Source: Elusimicrobiota bacterium
Lineage (GTDB): Bacteria; Elusimicrobiota; Elusimicrobia; UBA1565; JACRDR01
Assembly: GCA_041694815.1 (NCBI GenBank)
Contig: JBGFSC010000045.1
Span: forward strand, 35,807-99,806
Length of the DNA: 64,000 bases
Direction of reading: 5' to 3'
Part shown: one piece after another, positions 26,176-37,259 of the stretch
How positions within the stretch are numbered: the first letter of the stretch is position 1
Layout: each line of letters begins with the position of its first letter
Made by a program: the position numbers and the translations under genes
Notes under the pieces: generated by a model
What the model was told of the DNA's origin: nothing
What the model saw: only the letters and a program-made list of their open reading frames with translations
Database searches by the model: none

Positions 26176-26882
26176 CCTTATTCTGGAGGCTGATGTTCGG
26201 GCATCTTCTGTCCGACTTCACCTTCCAGTCGAATTTCATCAACGCGTGGAAGCGTAAAAGCATTTGGGGCATGCTGGCGCATTGCGCCATGCACCCGGTG
26301 GCCTACATGGCGCTCACTTATCCCTATCTCAACGAATACTGGATCAATACCCGCTGGCTCCGCCTCCAGGGCTGGACCTGCGTGCTGCTCATCTTCCTCT
26401 TGCATTTTATTGAAGACCAGTGGCGGGTATTTACGATTTTCCGCTTTAAGACCCCCGACAACTCGGTCTATTTCATCTGGGACCAGCTCGTGCATTTCTT
26501 CTGCATCTTCCTGTTCTTGCCGCTCAACGTGCTCGACCCCTCGGCGGGCTGGGTTCCCGAGAAATGGCCGGTCCTAGGCTGCCTGTTCGTATTGGTCACC
26601 CATTTTTGCACCGTGCTCATCTATTTCCTGGAAAAGGACCTCTTCTCGGGCTATTTCCCCGAGTTCGACGAGAAGTACATGGCGATGGCCGAGCGGCTGG
26701 TTCTGGCCGTGTGCTTCCTTCTGCCCGGCTGGTGGTGGATTCCCGTGGCCGGGGCGTGGCTGGCCAATATGTTCTATATGCGCTACCGGCGCCTGGTCGA
26801 ATTTTCCTGGTTCAGCTTTTACGTCGGCGGTGCGGTGGCGCTGGCCTGCGGCGCGCTCGCCCGCGTCGTCTACTACAGTTAG
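26172..26882 (+). CDS. DUF3307-like membrane protein
   Basis: GHLLSDFTFQ...H...HFIED...DQLVH. Confidence 0.7.
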   Translation: MTLFWRLMFGHLLSDFTFQSNFINAWKRKSIWGMLAHCAMHPVAYMALTYPYLNEYWINTRWLRLQGWTCVLLIFLLHFIEDQWRVFTIFRFKTPDNSVYFIWDQLVHFFCIFLFLPLNVLDPSAGWVPEKWPVLGCLFVLVTHFCTVLIYFLEKDLFSGYFPEFDEKYMAMAERLVLAVCFLLPGWWWIPVAGAWLANMFYMRYRRLVEFSWFSFYVGGAVALACGALARVVYYS

Positions 26883-26892
26883 GTATTAGCTA

Positions 26893-26984
26893 GGTGCCAG
26901 GCATACACTTTCTACACTTTATTGACATTCTCAGTGTACTGCCGAAGTAAGTTGTGAAAGTGTAGAAAGTGTATGCCTGGCACC
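26893..26984. repeat. 92-bp MITE/REP-like element with perfect 28-bp inverted repeats
   Basis: GGTGCCAGGCATACACTTTCTACACTTT ... AAAGTGTAGAAAGTGTATGCCTGGCACC. Confidence 0.85.
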
Positions 26985-26995
26985 AAGGGGGTCTT

Positions 26996-28138
26996 ATGGA
27001 GGAGATTTTGATTTTAAGCGGCGCTCGGACGCCGATCGGGACGCTGAACGGGTTCCTATCCAGCTACAGCGCGCCGCAATTGGGCGCCAAGGCCATTAAA
27101 GCTGCGCTCGACAAGGCTCAGGTCAAGCCCGAGGAGGTCGGCGAAGTGGTCATGGGCAATGTCGTCTCGGCCGGCATCGGCCAGGCCCCGGCGCGCCAGG
27201 CGATGATCGCCGCCGGGCTTCCCCCTTCCGTCGGTGCGACGACGGTCAACAAGGTCTGCGGCTCCGGCATGAAGGCCGTGATGATGGCGGCGCAATCGAT
27301 CGTGCTCGGGGATTCCGACACCGCCGTCGCCGGCGGCATGGAGTCGGCCAGCAAGGTGCCCTTCCTCTTGGAGAAGGCGCGCTCCGGCTACCGGCTCGGG
27401 CACGGCCAGCTGGTGGACGCCATCATCAAGGACGGGCTCTGGGACCCCTACGGCAACGTCCATATGGGTGATTGCGGGGAGGCCTGCGCCGAGAAATATG
27501 CCATCTCTCGCGCCCAGCAGGATGAGTACGCGATCCAAACCTACAAGAACGCCCAGGAAGCCCAGAAATCGGGGGCCTTCGACGCGGAGATGGCCTCCGT
27601 CGACGGCATCAATCAGGACGAGGAGCCGGGGCGCGCCTCCTTCGACAAATTCCCCAAGCTCAAGCCCGCCTTCAAGGCGGGGGGGACGATCACCGCGGCC
27701 AACGCCTCCAAGATCAACGACGGTGCCGCGGCCCTGGTGCTGGCCTCCTCTAAGGCGGCTGCTGGCCGCCAGGCCCTGGCCAAGATCAAGGGATGGGCCA
27801 CCTTCAGCCAGGAGCCTCAATGGTTCACCACGGCTCCGGCGGGCGCCATCGAGCGGGTGCTGGCCAGGGTCGGCTGGAAAAAGGAGGATGTCGATCTCTA
27901 CGAGGTCAACGAGGCCTTCGCCGTCGTGGCCTTGGCCGTTATGCAGCTCGTCGGCCTGCCGCGCGAGAAGGTCAATGTCAACGGGGGCGCGGTGGCCTTG
28001 GGCCATCCCATCGGCGCCAGCGGGGCGCGCATCCTGGTGACGTTGGCGCACGCGCTCCAGAAAAGGAATCTCAAGCGCGGGGTGGCCGCCATCTGCCTGG
28101 GCGGCGGGGAAGCCGTTGCCGTAGCCCTCGAACGCTAA
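26996..28138 (+). CDS. Acetyl-CoA C-acyltransferase (thiolase)
   Basis: NKVCGSG, NEAF, GHPIGASG, CLGGG. Confidence 0.95.
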   Translation: MEEILILSGARTPIGTLNGFLSSYSAPQLGAKAIKAALDKAQVKPEEVGEVVMGNVVSAGIGQAPARQAMIAAGLPPSVGATTVNKVCGSGMKAVMMAAQSIVLGDSDTAVAGGMESASKVPFLLEKARSGYRLGHGQLVDAIIKDGLWDPYGNVHMGDCGEACAEKYAISRAQQDEYAIQTYKNAQEAQKSGAFDAEMASVDGINQDEEPGRASFDKFPKLKPAFKAGGTITAANASKINDGAAALVLASSKAAAGRQALAKIKGWATFSQEPQWFTTAPAGAIERVLARVGWKKEDVDLYEVNEAFAVVALAVMQLVGLPREKVNVNGGAVALGHPIGASGARILVTLAHALQKRNLKRGVAAICLGGGEAVAVALER

Positions 28139-29274
28139 AGCGAGGCCTCTAGCCAGCGGGAGCGGCAGGCGCTCGAGAAATCATAGCTGATCCTGCGCGA
28201 ACGGGGATAATAAAGGAACGAGGCGGTGGTTTGCAAATAGCCGCCGTGCACGCATAGGGTCGTGTCGGTGGGGCTGCCCTCGGGCCCATGATCCGCCAGC
28301 ACGGCTTTGAGCTCCCGCTCCCCGAGCGCTCCCCCGTCCAACAACAGCTGGGCGAGCCGCGCGGCCCGCCGCTCGGCCGAGTCATGGACCCTCTTGCCGC
28401 GCAAGGCCCGCGGCGCGCGCTCTCCGAAGATGGCGTCCTCGCGCAGTTCGACCTCCCGCATCGCCGCCCCGCAATAGCGGTTGGTGTGAAAAATATGATC
28501 CTGTCCCGGCTCCGGCCGGCGTAGGTGGACGCGGGTGTTGGAGAGCTCCAGAGAGGCGATGTCCCCCGCGGCGTCGGCCAAAAGCAGCAATCCTCCTCCC
28601 CAGCGGGGCCTCGAGGCGATACGTTCCGCCGCCTCCGCTACGCTCGAGCAGCGGGCCAGCGCCTCCGAGACGGCCATGGAGATGGTGCCGGCGGGGCGGG
28701 GATCGTCAACGGCGAAGGCGTAATTGTAGGCGATGGCGAGGCCGCGCTCGTTGACGCCGTCGATGGCCCCGGCCATCGGGGCGGCGATGAACTCGAGGGA
28801 CTTGAGTCCGCCCGCCGGCCGGCCTTCGCGCAGCCCGTAGAACAGCTGCGTGAGGGGGACGTAGTCGAAGTTGCGCGCGATCACGGGTTCCCCGCTTCGC
28901 GAGCGGCCCGCGCGAACCGCGAAGGCGGAGCAGGCCCCGGCCGGAGCCGTTTTGTCCCGCAGCGAGCCTAGGTATATCTCCAAGGCGTTGAGCAGCACCA
29001 GTGAGTCTAGGCGCAGCCCGCTGGACTCGGCGATGCCTTCGAGGCGTTCGAGCATATCGGGAAAATCCCTGGAAAACGGGGCCTTAAGCGCCTTCGAGAC
29101 TCGCCTTTCCGCCAGCAGCCTGAAGAGCCGCATCGGCAGCCAGCGGGGCCGCGCGAGTTCGAAGGCCTCCAACTCGGACAAGCGGTCCCATGCCTCGTGT
29201 ATGCGCGCGCGCAGGGCCCGGCCCTGCGCGCGGCCCATGTCCCGCGGGGAGCCGCCGCAGATCACATCCGCCAC
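28135..29274 (-). CDS. C45-family Ntn hydrolase/acyltransferase
   Basis: Autoproteolytic GACSAF, ARNFDY, GVNERGL, HTN. The start is uncertain (GTG 29274 or ATG about 29238). Confidence 0.75.
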   Translation of the reverse strand: MADVICGGSPRDMGRAQGRALRARIHEAWDRLSELEAFELARPRWLPMRLFRLLAERRVSKALKAPFSRDFPDMLERLEGIAESSGLRLDSLVLLNALEIYLGSLRDKTAPAGACSAFAVRAGRSRSGEPVIARNFDYVPLTQLFYGLREGRPAGGLKSLEFIAAPMAGAIDGVNERGLAIAYNYAFAVDDPRPAGTISMAVSEALARCSSVAEAAERIASRPRWGGGLLLLADAAGDIASLELSNTRVHLRRPEPGQDHIFHTNRYCGAAMREVELREDAIFGERAPRALRGKRVHDSAERRAARLAQLLLDGGALGERELKAVLADHGPEGSPTDTTLCVHGGYLQTTASFLYYPRSRRISYDFSSACRSRWLEASL

Positions 29275-29306
29275 GGTATAAGAGTAGCATTTGCTAAAAT
29301 CCAAGC

Positions 29307-30812
29307 GTGAAGCCGTTTCTTTTGGGCGGACGCATTTCGCGCGAGGATCTGCTGCAGGTCGCGAGGTTTGGCCGCCTGGTGCGGTTGCCCCCCGCGGCCC
29401 GCGCGCGGATCGCCGCCGCGCGCCGCGTCGTGCTCCGTCATGCCGCCGGCGGCGAGCCAATCTACGGGGTCAATACCGGCTTCGGGGAGCTCGCCTCCGA
29501 GCGTATCTCGCCCGAGAATTTAGAACGCCTCCAGTACAATCTCATCCGCAGCCACGCCTCCGGCGTCGGAGAACCCCTCTCTCCTGAGCAGTCCCGTGCC
29601 ATGCTGCTGTTGCGCGCCAACGAGCTTTCCCGCGGGCATTCCGGTTGCCGTCCGGAGCTCGTCGATATGCTCGCCGAGATGCTCAACCGGGGCGTCACTC
29701 CCGAAATCCCCAGCCGAGGGTCCGTGGGGGCCAGCGGCGACCTGGCTCCACAGGCGCACGCCGCGCTTGTCCTCATCGGGGAAGGCCGCGCGCGCATGGG
29801 GCGCTCGGCGCCATGGGGGCGGCCGTTAAACGGTTCCCAGGCCTTGCGGGCGGCGCGGCTCAAACCCATGAGCCTCGAGGCGAAGGAAGGTCTTTCCCTG
29901 GTCAACGGCACCCAGGCAATGCAGGCCGTGGGGGGATTGGCGCTCGAGGACGCCTTCCGCGTGCTGGAGGCCGGCGATCTCGCGGGTGCCATGAGCCTGG
30001 AGGCCCTCAAGGGGACGCCGGTTCCCTTCGACGCCCGCGTCAACGATTTAAAGCCGCACGCCGGCCAGCGTCTGGCGGCCGCCCGACTGCGAGCCCTGCT
30101 TAAAGGCAGCGAGATCCGCGAGTCGCACCGCCACGGGGATCCGAGGGTCCAGGACGCCTACAGCTTGCGTTGCATGCCCCAGGTGCACGGCGCGGCCTAT
30201 GACGCGCTCGAGTACGCCTCCGCCACACTGGAAGTAGAGATGCGCAGCGTCACGGACAACCCGGTCGTGGTCGGGGGCTCGATCCTCTCGGGAGGCAACT
30301 TCCACGGGCAGGCCTTGGCCCTCGCCCTGGACGCGGCGGCCATCGCCCTGACCGCAGCGGCGAATATCTCCGAACGGAGGATATTCCAGCTCATCAGCGG
30401 TAGGGAGTTGCCTCCCTTCCTGGCGGAGCATCCGGGGCTCGAGTCGGGTTTCATGATCCCGCAGGTGGCCGCCGCGGCGCTGGCTTCCGAGAACAAGGGA
30501 CTGGCCCATCCGGCTTCCGCTGATTCCATCCCCACCTCCGGGAACAAGGAGGATTTCGTCAGCATGGGCATGGGGGCGGCGCTTAAGTTCGAGCGCGTCG
30601 TGGATAACGCCGCCCAGATCGTCGCCATCGAGCTTTTGGCGGCCGCCCATGGCGTGGAAATGCGCGGCCTCTCGCCGGGCGTCGGTGTAGCCGAGGGTTT
30701 GCGCCGGTTGCGCTCGGGGGTCCCGCGGACGAAGGGCGACGTGGTCTTCAGCGAACCCATGCGCCGCGCCAAGGCACTGGTTCTGGGCGGCGCATTCGCC
30801 AAGATAGTATGA
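29307..30812 (+). CDS. hutH: Histidine ammonia-lyase
   Basis: [11 protein letters not shown] motif [22 protein letters not shown]. Confidence 0.95.
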   Translation: MKPFLLGGRISREDLLQVARFGRLVRLPPAARARIAAARRVVLRHAAGGEPIYGVNTGFGELASERISPENLERLQYNLIRSHASGVGEPLSPEQSRAMLLLRANELSRGHSGCRPELVDMLAEMLNRGVTPEIPSRGSVGASGDLAPQAHAALVLIGEGRARMGRSAPWGRPLNGSQALRAARLKPMSLEAKEGLSLVNGTQAMQAVGGLALEDAFRVLEAGDLAGAMSLEALKGTPVPFDARVNDLKPHAGQRLAAARLRALLKGSEIRESHRHGDPRVQDAYSLRCMPQVHGAAYDALEYASATLEVEMRSVTDNPVVVGGSILSGGNFHGQALALALDAAAIALTAAANISERRIFQLISGRELPPFLAEHPGLESGFMIPQVAAAALASENKGLAHPASADSIPTSGNKEDFVSMGMGAALKFERVVDNAAQIVAIELLAAAHGVEMRGLSPGVGVAEGLRRLRSGVPRTKGDVVFSEPMRRAKALVLGGAFAKIV

Positions 30813-32470
30813 GCCCGACGGTCCCCGCGGTGCGCGCACCGCGCGGTCGTGCGCTGCGCTGCAAGGGCTGGCAGCAGGAGGCGGCCCTGCGGATGCTCAT
30901 GAACAATCTCGACCCCGCGGTGGCGGAGAAGCCCGAGGATCTCATCGTCTACGGCGGGCGGGGTCGGGCGGCCAGGGACTGGGCCAGCTACCGCGCCATC
31001 GTCTCCTGCCTTAAGGCCTTGGCCGGTGATGAGACCCTCCTGGTCCAATCTGGCAAGCCGGTCGCCGTCCTGCGCACCTTCGAACACGCTCCGCGGGTGC
31101 TTATCGCCAATTCCAATCTTGTCGGCCAGTGGGCCCGGTGGGAGGTATTCGACGAGCTCGAGCGCAAGGGGCTTATGATGTACGGGCAGATGACGGCTGG
31201 CTCCTGGATTTACATCGGCAGTCAGGGCATCGTGCAGGGCACATACGAGACATTCGCCGAGGCGGCGCGACAGCATTTCGGCGGCAGCCTCAAAGGAAGG
31301 CTGCTCGTCACCGGCGGGCTCGGTGGCATGGGCGGAGCCCAACCCCTAGCCGCCGTGATGAACGGGGCGGCGTTTTTGGCGGTCGAGGTCGATCCGGCGC
31401 GCATCGCCAAGCGCCTTAAGACCCGCTACCTCGACGCGATGGAGACCTCTCTCGACCGGGCCCTCGAGCGCGTGCTCCAGGCGAAGTCCCGGGGGGAGGC
31501 GCTTTCCATCGGCCTGGTGGGCAATTGCGCGGAGCTTCTGCCGGAGATCGCGCGCCGCGGCGTGGGCGTCGACCTGGTGACCGACCAGACCTCGGCGCAT
31601 GACCCGCTCAACGGCTACATCCCCGAAGGCTTTTCCTTGCCCGATGCCGCAGATCTTCGCCGCCGGGACCCCAAGGAATACGTGCGGCGGTCGATGGATT
31701 CTATGGCCAAGCATGTTCGCGCCATGCTTGATCTCAAGGGCCAGGGAGCCATCGCCTTCGATTACGGCAATAATATCCGCCGCATGGCTTTCGACGCCGG
31801 GGAAAAGCGCGCCTTTGAATTCCCGGGGTTCGTCCCGGCGTACATCCGGCCGATGTTCTGCGAAGGCAAGGGGCCGTTCCGTTGGGTGGCGCTCTCCGGG
31901 GACCCCAAGGACATCGCCCAGACCGACCGGGCCGCGCTCGAGCTTTTCGGCGAGGACGAGGGGCTGCGCCGCTGGCTGGCATTGGCCGGCAGCCGGATCG
32001 CGTTCCAGGGCCTGCCGGCCCGGATCTGCTGGCTGGGGCAGGGAGCCCGCGCCGAGATGGGCCTGCGCCTCAACGCGATGGTGCGGCGGGGAAAGCTCTC
32101 GGCCCCCATCGTCATCGGTCGGGACCATTTGGACTGCGGATCGGTGGCCAGCCCCTACCGCGAGACCGAATCGATGCTCGACGGCTCCGACGCGGTCGCG
32201 GATTGGCCGGTGCTCAATGCCCTGCTCAATACGGCTTGTGGGGCGTCTTGGGTGAGCTTCCATCATGGCGGCGGGGTGGGCATCGGCTACTCCCTGCACG
32301 CCGGGCAGGTTACGGTCGCCGACGGGACGAAGGGAATGCAGGCGCGCTTAGAACGCGTGTTGACCAACGACCCCGCGCTAGGCGTGGCGCGGCACGCCGA
32401 CGCGGGCTACGCGCTCGCGGCCGAGACCGCGCGCAAGCACAAGATCAAGATCCCGATGGGAGGAAGATAA
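30809..32470 (+). CDS. hutU: Urocanate hydratase
   Basis: [30 protein letters not shown]. Confidence 0.97.
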   Translation: MSPTVPAVRAPRGRALRCKGWQQEAALRMLMNNLDPAVAEKPEDLIVYGGRGRAARDWASYRAIVSCLKALAGDETLLVQSGKPVAVLRTFEHAPRVLIANSNLVGQWARWEVFDELERKGLMMYGQMTAGSWIYIGSQGIVQGTYETFAEAARQHFGGSLKGRLLVTGGLGGMGGAQPLAAVMNGAAFLAVEVDPARIAKRLKTRYLDAMETSLDRALERVLQAKSRGEALSIGLVGNCAELLPEIARRGVGVDLVTDQTSAHDPLNGYIPEGFSLPDAADLRRRDPKEYVRRSMDSMAKHVRAMLDLKGQGAIAFDYGNNIRRMAFDAGEKRAFEFPGFVPAYIRPMFCEGKGPFRWVALSGDPKDIAQTDRAALELFGEDEGLRRWLALAGSRIAFQGLPARICWLGQGARAEMGLRLNAMVRRGKLSAPIVIGRDHLDCGSVASPYRETESMLDGSDAVADWPVLNALLNTACGASWVSFHHGGGVGIGYSLHAGQVTVADGTKGMQARLERVLTNDPALGVARHADAGYALAAETARKHKIKIPMGGR

Positions 32471-32967
32471 TGGCGCAGGATTTCTCATTCGACGTCGTCT
32501 CAAAGGTCGACCTGCACGTCGTCGAGGAATGCGTGCAGGCGGCCATCAAGGAGATCGGCACGCGCTTCGATTTCAAGGGCTCGGTCTCCAAGATAGAGTT
32601 CGACCAGAAGGGGCCGGCTCTGTCGGTGACCGCCGACGACGAGTTCAAGCTCAAGAGCGTCCACGACATCCTCAACACGCGCCTGGCCAAGCGGGGCCTG
32701 CCGCTCAAGAACTTCGCGCCGCAGAAGATCGAGGCGGCCTTGGGCGGTTCCGTGCGCCAGGCCGTGAAGGTGCAGCAGGGTATTCCCTCCGACAAGGCCA
32801 AGGAGATCGTCGCCGCGATCAAGAAATCGGGCCTCAAGGTCCAGGCATCGATACAGGGGGATCAGCTGCGGGTCTCGAGCAAATCGAAGGACGCCTTGCA
32901 GCAGGCGATAGCGCTGCTTAAGGCCGGCAGCTTCGGCGTCGAACTGCAATTCACCAACTACCGGTAA
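32470..32967 (+). CDS. yajQ: YajQ-family nucleotide/cyclic-di-GMP-binding protein
   Basis: SFDVVS...RFDFKGS...KVQASIQGDQLRV...LQFTNYR. Confidence 0.92.
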   Translation: MAQDFSFDVVSKVDLHVVEECVQAAIKEIGTRFDFKGSVSKIEFDQKGPALSVTADDEFKLKSVHDILNTRLAKRGLPLKNFAPQKIEAALGGSVRQAVKVQQGIPSDKAKEIVAAIKKSGLKVQASIQGDQLRVSSKSKDALQQAIALLKAGSFGVELQFTNYR

Positions 32968-32970
32968 GCC

Positions 32971-33005
32971 AAAAAAACCCCTCCCTCTGTCACAAGGGGA
33001 GGGTT
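32971..33005 (-). terminator. Intrinsic terminator between convergent yajQ and 33020-33505
   Basis: GC-rich stem (ACCCCTCCC...GGGGAGGGTT) with a T7 tract on the minus strand. Confidence 0.6.
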
Positions 33006-33019
33006 GGGGGGTGGAAACG

Positions 33020-33505
33020 TTATTTCTGGACGAGCTGCACCTGCCGGACGACCGCGTCCTTCTTGAGCCCCTCGATCTGCTCGAACGGCACGGCCCCGCG
33101 CACGCGGTAGACCGCGGTTTCGGCCGTCGAGGGATAAGGGAGGATGTTGAACATTTGTACCTGCTGGGGCTTGTACCCAGGGTCCCAACTGACTCCATAG
33201 GAGCTCGCCAGCGCCTGGAGCGCCTGGGGCAGTGCCTTCTCGGCCTTCACGTCGACCGGCAGGCGGATCTCCACTAGGACGGTAACTACCGGAAGGACGG
33301 TGATCTGTTGGGCCAGGGCCTCGCTGCGCCGGGATTGGCGTGCCACCGGCACCGGCTGGGGAATCTCGTCCTGGTCGCGGAAAAGTTCCAAATAGGTGAT
33401 TCTCGTCTTGGAGTCGAAGAAAAGGCGCACGCCTTCGTTTTGGGCGGCGAAAATGTTGCCAGTTCCGAGGATCAAGATGGTTGCTACTTTAGTGATGGTC
33501 TTCAT
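33020..33505 (-). CDS. Secreted hypothetical protein
   Basis: Signal peptide MKTITKVATILILGTGNIFA; RBS AGGAGG. Confidence 0.7.
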   Translation of the reverse strand: MKTITKVATILILGTGNIFAAQNEGVRLFFDSKTRITYLELFRDQDEIPQPVPVARQSRRSEALAQQITVLPVVTVLVEIRLPVDVKAEKALPQALQALASSYGVSWDPGYKPQQVQMFNILPYPSTAETAVYRVRGAVPFEQIEGLKKDAVVRQVQLVQK

Positions 33506-33555
33506 AGGGTCCTCCTACAACGGGTACATTGTATCCGTCAACGCTGCACCGTGCA

Positions 33556-33569
33556 TTGACCGCGGTCAA
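33556..33569. promoter_or_regulatory. FNR/CRP-family-like box TTGAC-N4-GTCAA
   Basis: Perfect palindrome TTGACCGCGGTCAA, centred 29.5 bp from a minus-strand TACAAT (33533-33528). Confidence 0.55.
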
Positions 33570-33615
33570 CTTTCCAGATTAATTTAGATCAACTTTTTAA
33601 GGTAAAATCGGCTCG

Positions 33616-34881
33616 GTGAATACTCTCGTTACGAATATCGGCGCGCTTGTGTCCATGCAAGGCCCGCCATGGGCCCGCCGTGGGGCCGAAATGCGTAAGA
33701 TCGGTCTTTATAGAGGCGGCGCGGTGTTGACGGGGGACTGCCAGGTCCTGGCAGCCGGCCTGGCCGATGTCGTCGGACGGCGTCCCGAGGCCGCCAAGGC
33801 CCGCGTCATCGACGCCAGGGGCGGGATAGTCCTTCCCGGTTTCGTCGACAGCCATGCCCACCCCGTCTTCGCCGAGCCGAGGCTTCGGGATTTCGAGATG
33901 CGCCTGGGAGGCGTCGGCTACGAGGAGATCGCCGCCGCGGGGGGGGGTATCCTGAGCAGCGTCGACGCGGTGCGCGGCTGCTCCGAGGACGGGCTCGCGA
34001 GCGCCTTAAGCGCATGGGCCGGTCGCTTCATCGAATGCGGCACCACGACCCTCGAGGCCAAAAGCGGGTACGGACTCGATTTGGACTCCGAACTAAAGAT
34101 GCTCCGCGCGGTCGCTCGCGTTGGCCGCAGCTCCTCCTTGGAGCTCGTGCCCACCTTCCTCGGCGCGCATGCCGTGGCTCCGGAGCATCGGAGAAACCCC
34201 CACGAATACGTCCGCAGGCTGTGCTCGGAGATGATCCCCAGCGTCGCCCGGCAAGGGCTCGCCCGATTCGTCGACGCCTTCTGCGAGAATAATTATTTCT
34301 CGCAGCCCGACGCCGAGCTCGTCCTGCGCGCGGGCATGGAGGCCGGCCTTGGGGTGAAGGTGCATGCGGAGCAATTGAGCCGCTCCGGTGGCGCGGCGCT
34401 CGCCGCGCGGCTGAAGGCGGTGTCGGCCGACCATCTCGACCGGGTCGACGACTCCGACATCGACGCGCTCAAGGACGCGGGCGTCGTGGCCACCCTGCTG
34501 CCGGCCTGCAACTATTTCCTTGGGCTGGGAGGCTACCCTCCGGCCCGCCGCCTCATCGATCGCGGCGCCGCCGTCGCCCTGGCCACCGACTTCAATCCTG
34601 GCACGGCACCCTGCTGGAACATGCAGATGGTATTGTCTTTGGCCTGCACGCAGATGAAAATGAGCGTCGAAGAGGCCTTGACGGCGGCGACGATCAACGG
34701 CGCCCACGCGCTGGGCCTGGGCGCTACGCATGGCTCCCTGGAGCCGGGGAAACAGGCTGATCTTTTGATCTTCGACGTCCGGGATTATCGCGAGTTACCC
34801 TACTACTTCGGCGGCAACCAGGTGAGCCTGGTCATGAAAAAAGGGACCGTCGTCCATTCCCTCGGCGGCCGCGAGCTGTGA
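33616..34881 (+). CDS. hutI: Imidazolonepropionase
   Basis: PGFVDSHAH, GGGILSSV, EAKSGYGL, HAEQL, ATDFNPG. Confidence 0.95.
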   Translation: MNTLVTNIGALVSMQGPPWARRGAEMRKIGLYRGGAVLTGDCQVLAAGLADVVGRRPEAAKARVIDARGGIVLPGFVDSHAHPVFAEPRLRDFEMRLGGVGYEEIAAAGGGILSSVDAVRGCSEDGLASALSAWAGRFIECGTTTLEAKSGYGLDLDSELKMLRAVARVGRSSSLELVPTFLGAHAVAPEHRRNPHEYVRRLCSEMIPSVARQGLARFVDAFCENNYFSQPDAELVLRAGMEAGLGVKVHAEQLSRSGGAALAARLKAVSADHLDRVDDSDIDALKDAGVVATLLPACNYFLGLGGYPPARRLIDRGAAVALATDFNPGTAPCWNMQMVLSLACTQMKMSVEEALTAATINGAHALGLGATHGSLEPGKQADLLIFDVRDYRELPYYFGGNQVSLVMKKGTVVHSLGGREL

Positions 34882-35639
34882 GGACGGATTGGTGGAAGCG
34901 CTTCTTTAAGAGCTCGGGTTTTCCCTTGGCTGACGAGGTGCGGGTCCGCGACACGGAAACGGAGATACGCAAGCTGCTCAAGCTCTTGCCGCTGCCTCGG
35001 GGCGCTAAGGTGATCGACGTCGGCTGCGGCATCGGCCGGCATAGCGTGCTGCTCGCGCGACGGGGGTACCACGTGACGGGGGTGGATTATTCTCCCTCCT
35101 ACCTGCGGGAGGCGAGGAGCCGCGCCGGCGGGCAGCGGCCGCGCTTTCTGCGCCGCGACATGCGAGCGTTGGGCTTTGAAAACGAGTTCGACGCCGCGAT
35201 CAACCTCTGGACCAGCTTCGGATATTTTTTAAGACCTTCGGAGGACCTTCGCGTGTTGCGTTCGATCCATCGGGCCCTCAAGCCCGGGGGTAGGCTCGCC
35301 ATCGAGCTCATCAATGGTGCTGGCCTTCTTCGTAAGGGGCCCGGTGGACGGCTCTGGGAACGCCGAGGCCGCTATTGGGTGCTCGAGGAATGGCGAGTGC
35401 GCCGAGGCGTAGATTGCGCCGTGCTGGGCACTCGCATATATATCGATTCCAAGGGCCGTAGCTTCAAGGGAGAGACCTTCGTTCGTCTCTATGATCGCCG
35501 GCGCCTCGACCACGTGATGCGCCGCGCCGGTTTCGGCCGCATCCGCTACTTTACCGGGCTCCTGGAGCAGGGCCCGGGAAACAGGCAGCCGCGGAGGCTG
35601 TTGGCCGTGGCTCAGAAAATAGTACCCTCCACCTCGTGA
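34878..35639 (+). CDS. Class I SAM-dependent methyltransferase
   Basis: VIDVGCGIGRH, NLWTSFGYF, LKPGG. Confidence 0.88.
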   Translation: MRTDWWKRFFKSSGFPLADEVRVRDTETEIRKLLKLLPLPRGAKVIDVGCGIGRHSVLLARRGYHVTGVDYSPSYLREARSRAGGQRPRFLRRDMRALGFENEFDAAINLWTSFGYFLRPSEDLRVLRSIHRALKPGGRLAIELINGAGLLRKGPGGRLWERRGRYWVLEEWRVRRGVDCAVLGTRIYIDSKGRSFKGETFVRLYDRRRLDHVMRRAGFGRIRYFTGLLEQGPGNRQPRRLLAVAQKIVPSTS

Positions 35640-37105
35640 AGCTCGTCGAGTGCGTCCCCAATTTTTCTGAGGGCCGCGACCGGGCCAAGATCGAGGCGAT
35701 CGTCTCGGCGGCGCGGGGCGTGGCGGGGGTGCGCGTCCTGGACATCGAATCCGACCCGGACCATCACCGCTCGGTGCTGACCTTCGTGGCACCCCCCGAG
35801 GCGGTGGCGGAGGCCGCCTTCCGCGCCGCCAAGGCGGCCACGGAACTCATCGACCTCACCCGGCACAAGGGGGAGCATCCCCGCATGGGAGCCGTCGATG
35901 TGATCCCGTTCATCCCCGTCTTGGGGACGGGGCTGGAGGAATGCGTCCGCCTGGCGAAAGAGCTGGGGGAAAGGCTGGGGAAGGAATTGCAGATTCCCGT
36001 TTATTTGTATGGAAAGGCGGCGGCCAGGCACGATCGCGAGGATTTGGCGGCGGTGCGCAAGGGGCAATTCGAGGGCCTGCGCGAGGCGATCGAAAAGGAC
36101 CCGGCCCGCGCGCCTGATTTCGGCCCGAAAAAGATACACCCCACGGCCGGGGCGGTGGCCGTAGGGGCCCGCGAGCAGATCATCAATTTTAACGTGAACC
36201 TAGATACCACCGATTTGGAAGCCGGCAAGGCGATCGCCAAGAAAATCCGGACCTCGGGGGGCGGGCTGCCCGCCTTGCGCGCCAAGGAGATCGTGCGCTC
36301 CGACGGCAGCATCCAGATATCGACGGTGCTCACCGATTACCGCGTCACCTCGATCGGCGCCGTGCTGGCCGCCGTCCTGACGGAGGCGCGCGCGTGCGGC
36401 GCCGACCTGCTGTCGACCGAGATCGTTGGCCTGCTGCCCCGGCAGGCGCTCATCGATTACGGCGTCGAATCGCTTAAGTTATCGAACTTCACGCAGGAGC
36501 AAATCCTCGAGAACCGGCTCGAGGCCCTGCCGCCCGACTGGCGCCAGGCCGGAGCGATCGTCGCCGCCGCGCTGGCCGGCACGGACGCGACGCCCGGCGG
36601 CGGGTCGGCCGCCTGCCTCGCTGGGGCGATGGGCTGCGGCCTGGGTGAGATGGCCTTAGGCATTACCTTGGGGTCCAAAAAGCTCGATGCGGCCAAGCGC
36701 CCCGAGCTTTCGCGCGTTCGCCAGGAGCTCGAGAGCTACCGCGTGGAGATGGACCAGTTGGCCGCGGAAGACGCGGCCGCCTTCGAGGGGGTGATGGAGG
36801 TTCTCAAACGCCCTAAGGACGATCCCCAACGCGCCTCATTGCTCGAGGCGGCGCTGATCGCGGCCGCCGAGGTTCCGTTGCGGACCGCGCGCCGGGCGGC
36901 GGGCGCCCATAAGCTGATCAAGGAGTATTCCGCCTCGGCCTCCGCATCGGTGGCGTCGGACATGAACTGCGCGGCGCATCTTTTGCGTTCGGCCGCGCTT
37001 TGCGCCGCCGAGAACGTCAAGATCAACGCCGTGGCCTTGAAGAACTTAGAGGAGGCCGAGCGGCTCTTGACGGAAACATCGAAGGTTTTGGAAATTCTCG
37101 GCTAA
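35636..37105 (+). CDS. ftcD: Glutamate formimidoyltransferase-cyclodeaminase
   Basis: ECVPNFSEGR, HHRSV, HPRMGAVDVIPF and C-terminal TPGGGSAA. Confidence 0.92.
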   Translation: MKLVECVPNFSEGRDRAKIEAIVSAARGVAGVRVLDIESDPDHHRSVLTFVAPPEAVAEAAFRAAKAATELIDLTRHKGEHPRMGAVDVIPFIPVLGTGLEECVRLAKELGERLGKELQIPVYLYGKAAARHDREDLAAVRKGQFEGLREAIEKDPARAPDFGPKKIHPTAGAVAVGAREQIINFNVNLDTTDLEAGKAIAKKIRTSGGGLPALRAKEIVRSDGSIQISTVLTDYRVTSIGAVLAAVLTEARACGADLLSTEIVGLLPRQALIDYGVESLKLSNFTQEQILENRLEALPPDWRQAGAIVAAALAGTDATPGGGSAACLAGAMGCGLGEMALGITLGSKKLDAAKRPELSRVRQELESYRVEMDQLAAEDAAAFEGVMEVLKRPKDDPQRASLLEAALIAAAEVPLRTARRAAGAHKLIKEYSASASASVASDMNCAAHLLRSAALCAAENVKINAVALKNLEEAERLLTETSKVLEILG

Positions 37106-37259
37106 TCTAAAAGGCGGCGGCCCCAAGAACCTAGGACCGACGGCCTAAAAGGCAGGGTCCCTTTTTTGCCGGGCCTCTGGGCCTTAAGGCTCAGGCATAA
37201 CCTCGGCTTTTCTCCATATAATGAAACGGATCCTATAGGCGAATAAAAAAGGGGTAATT

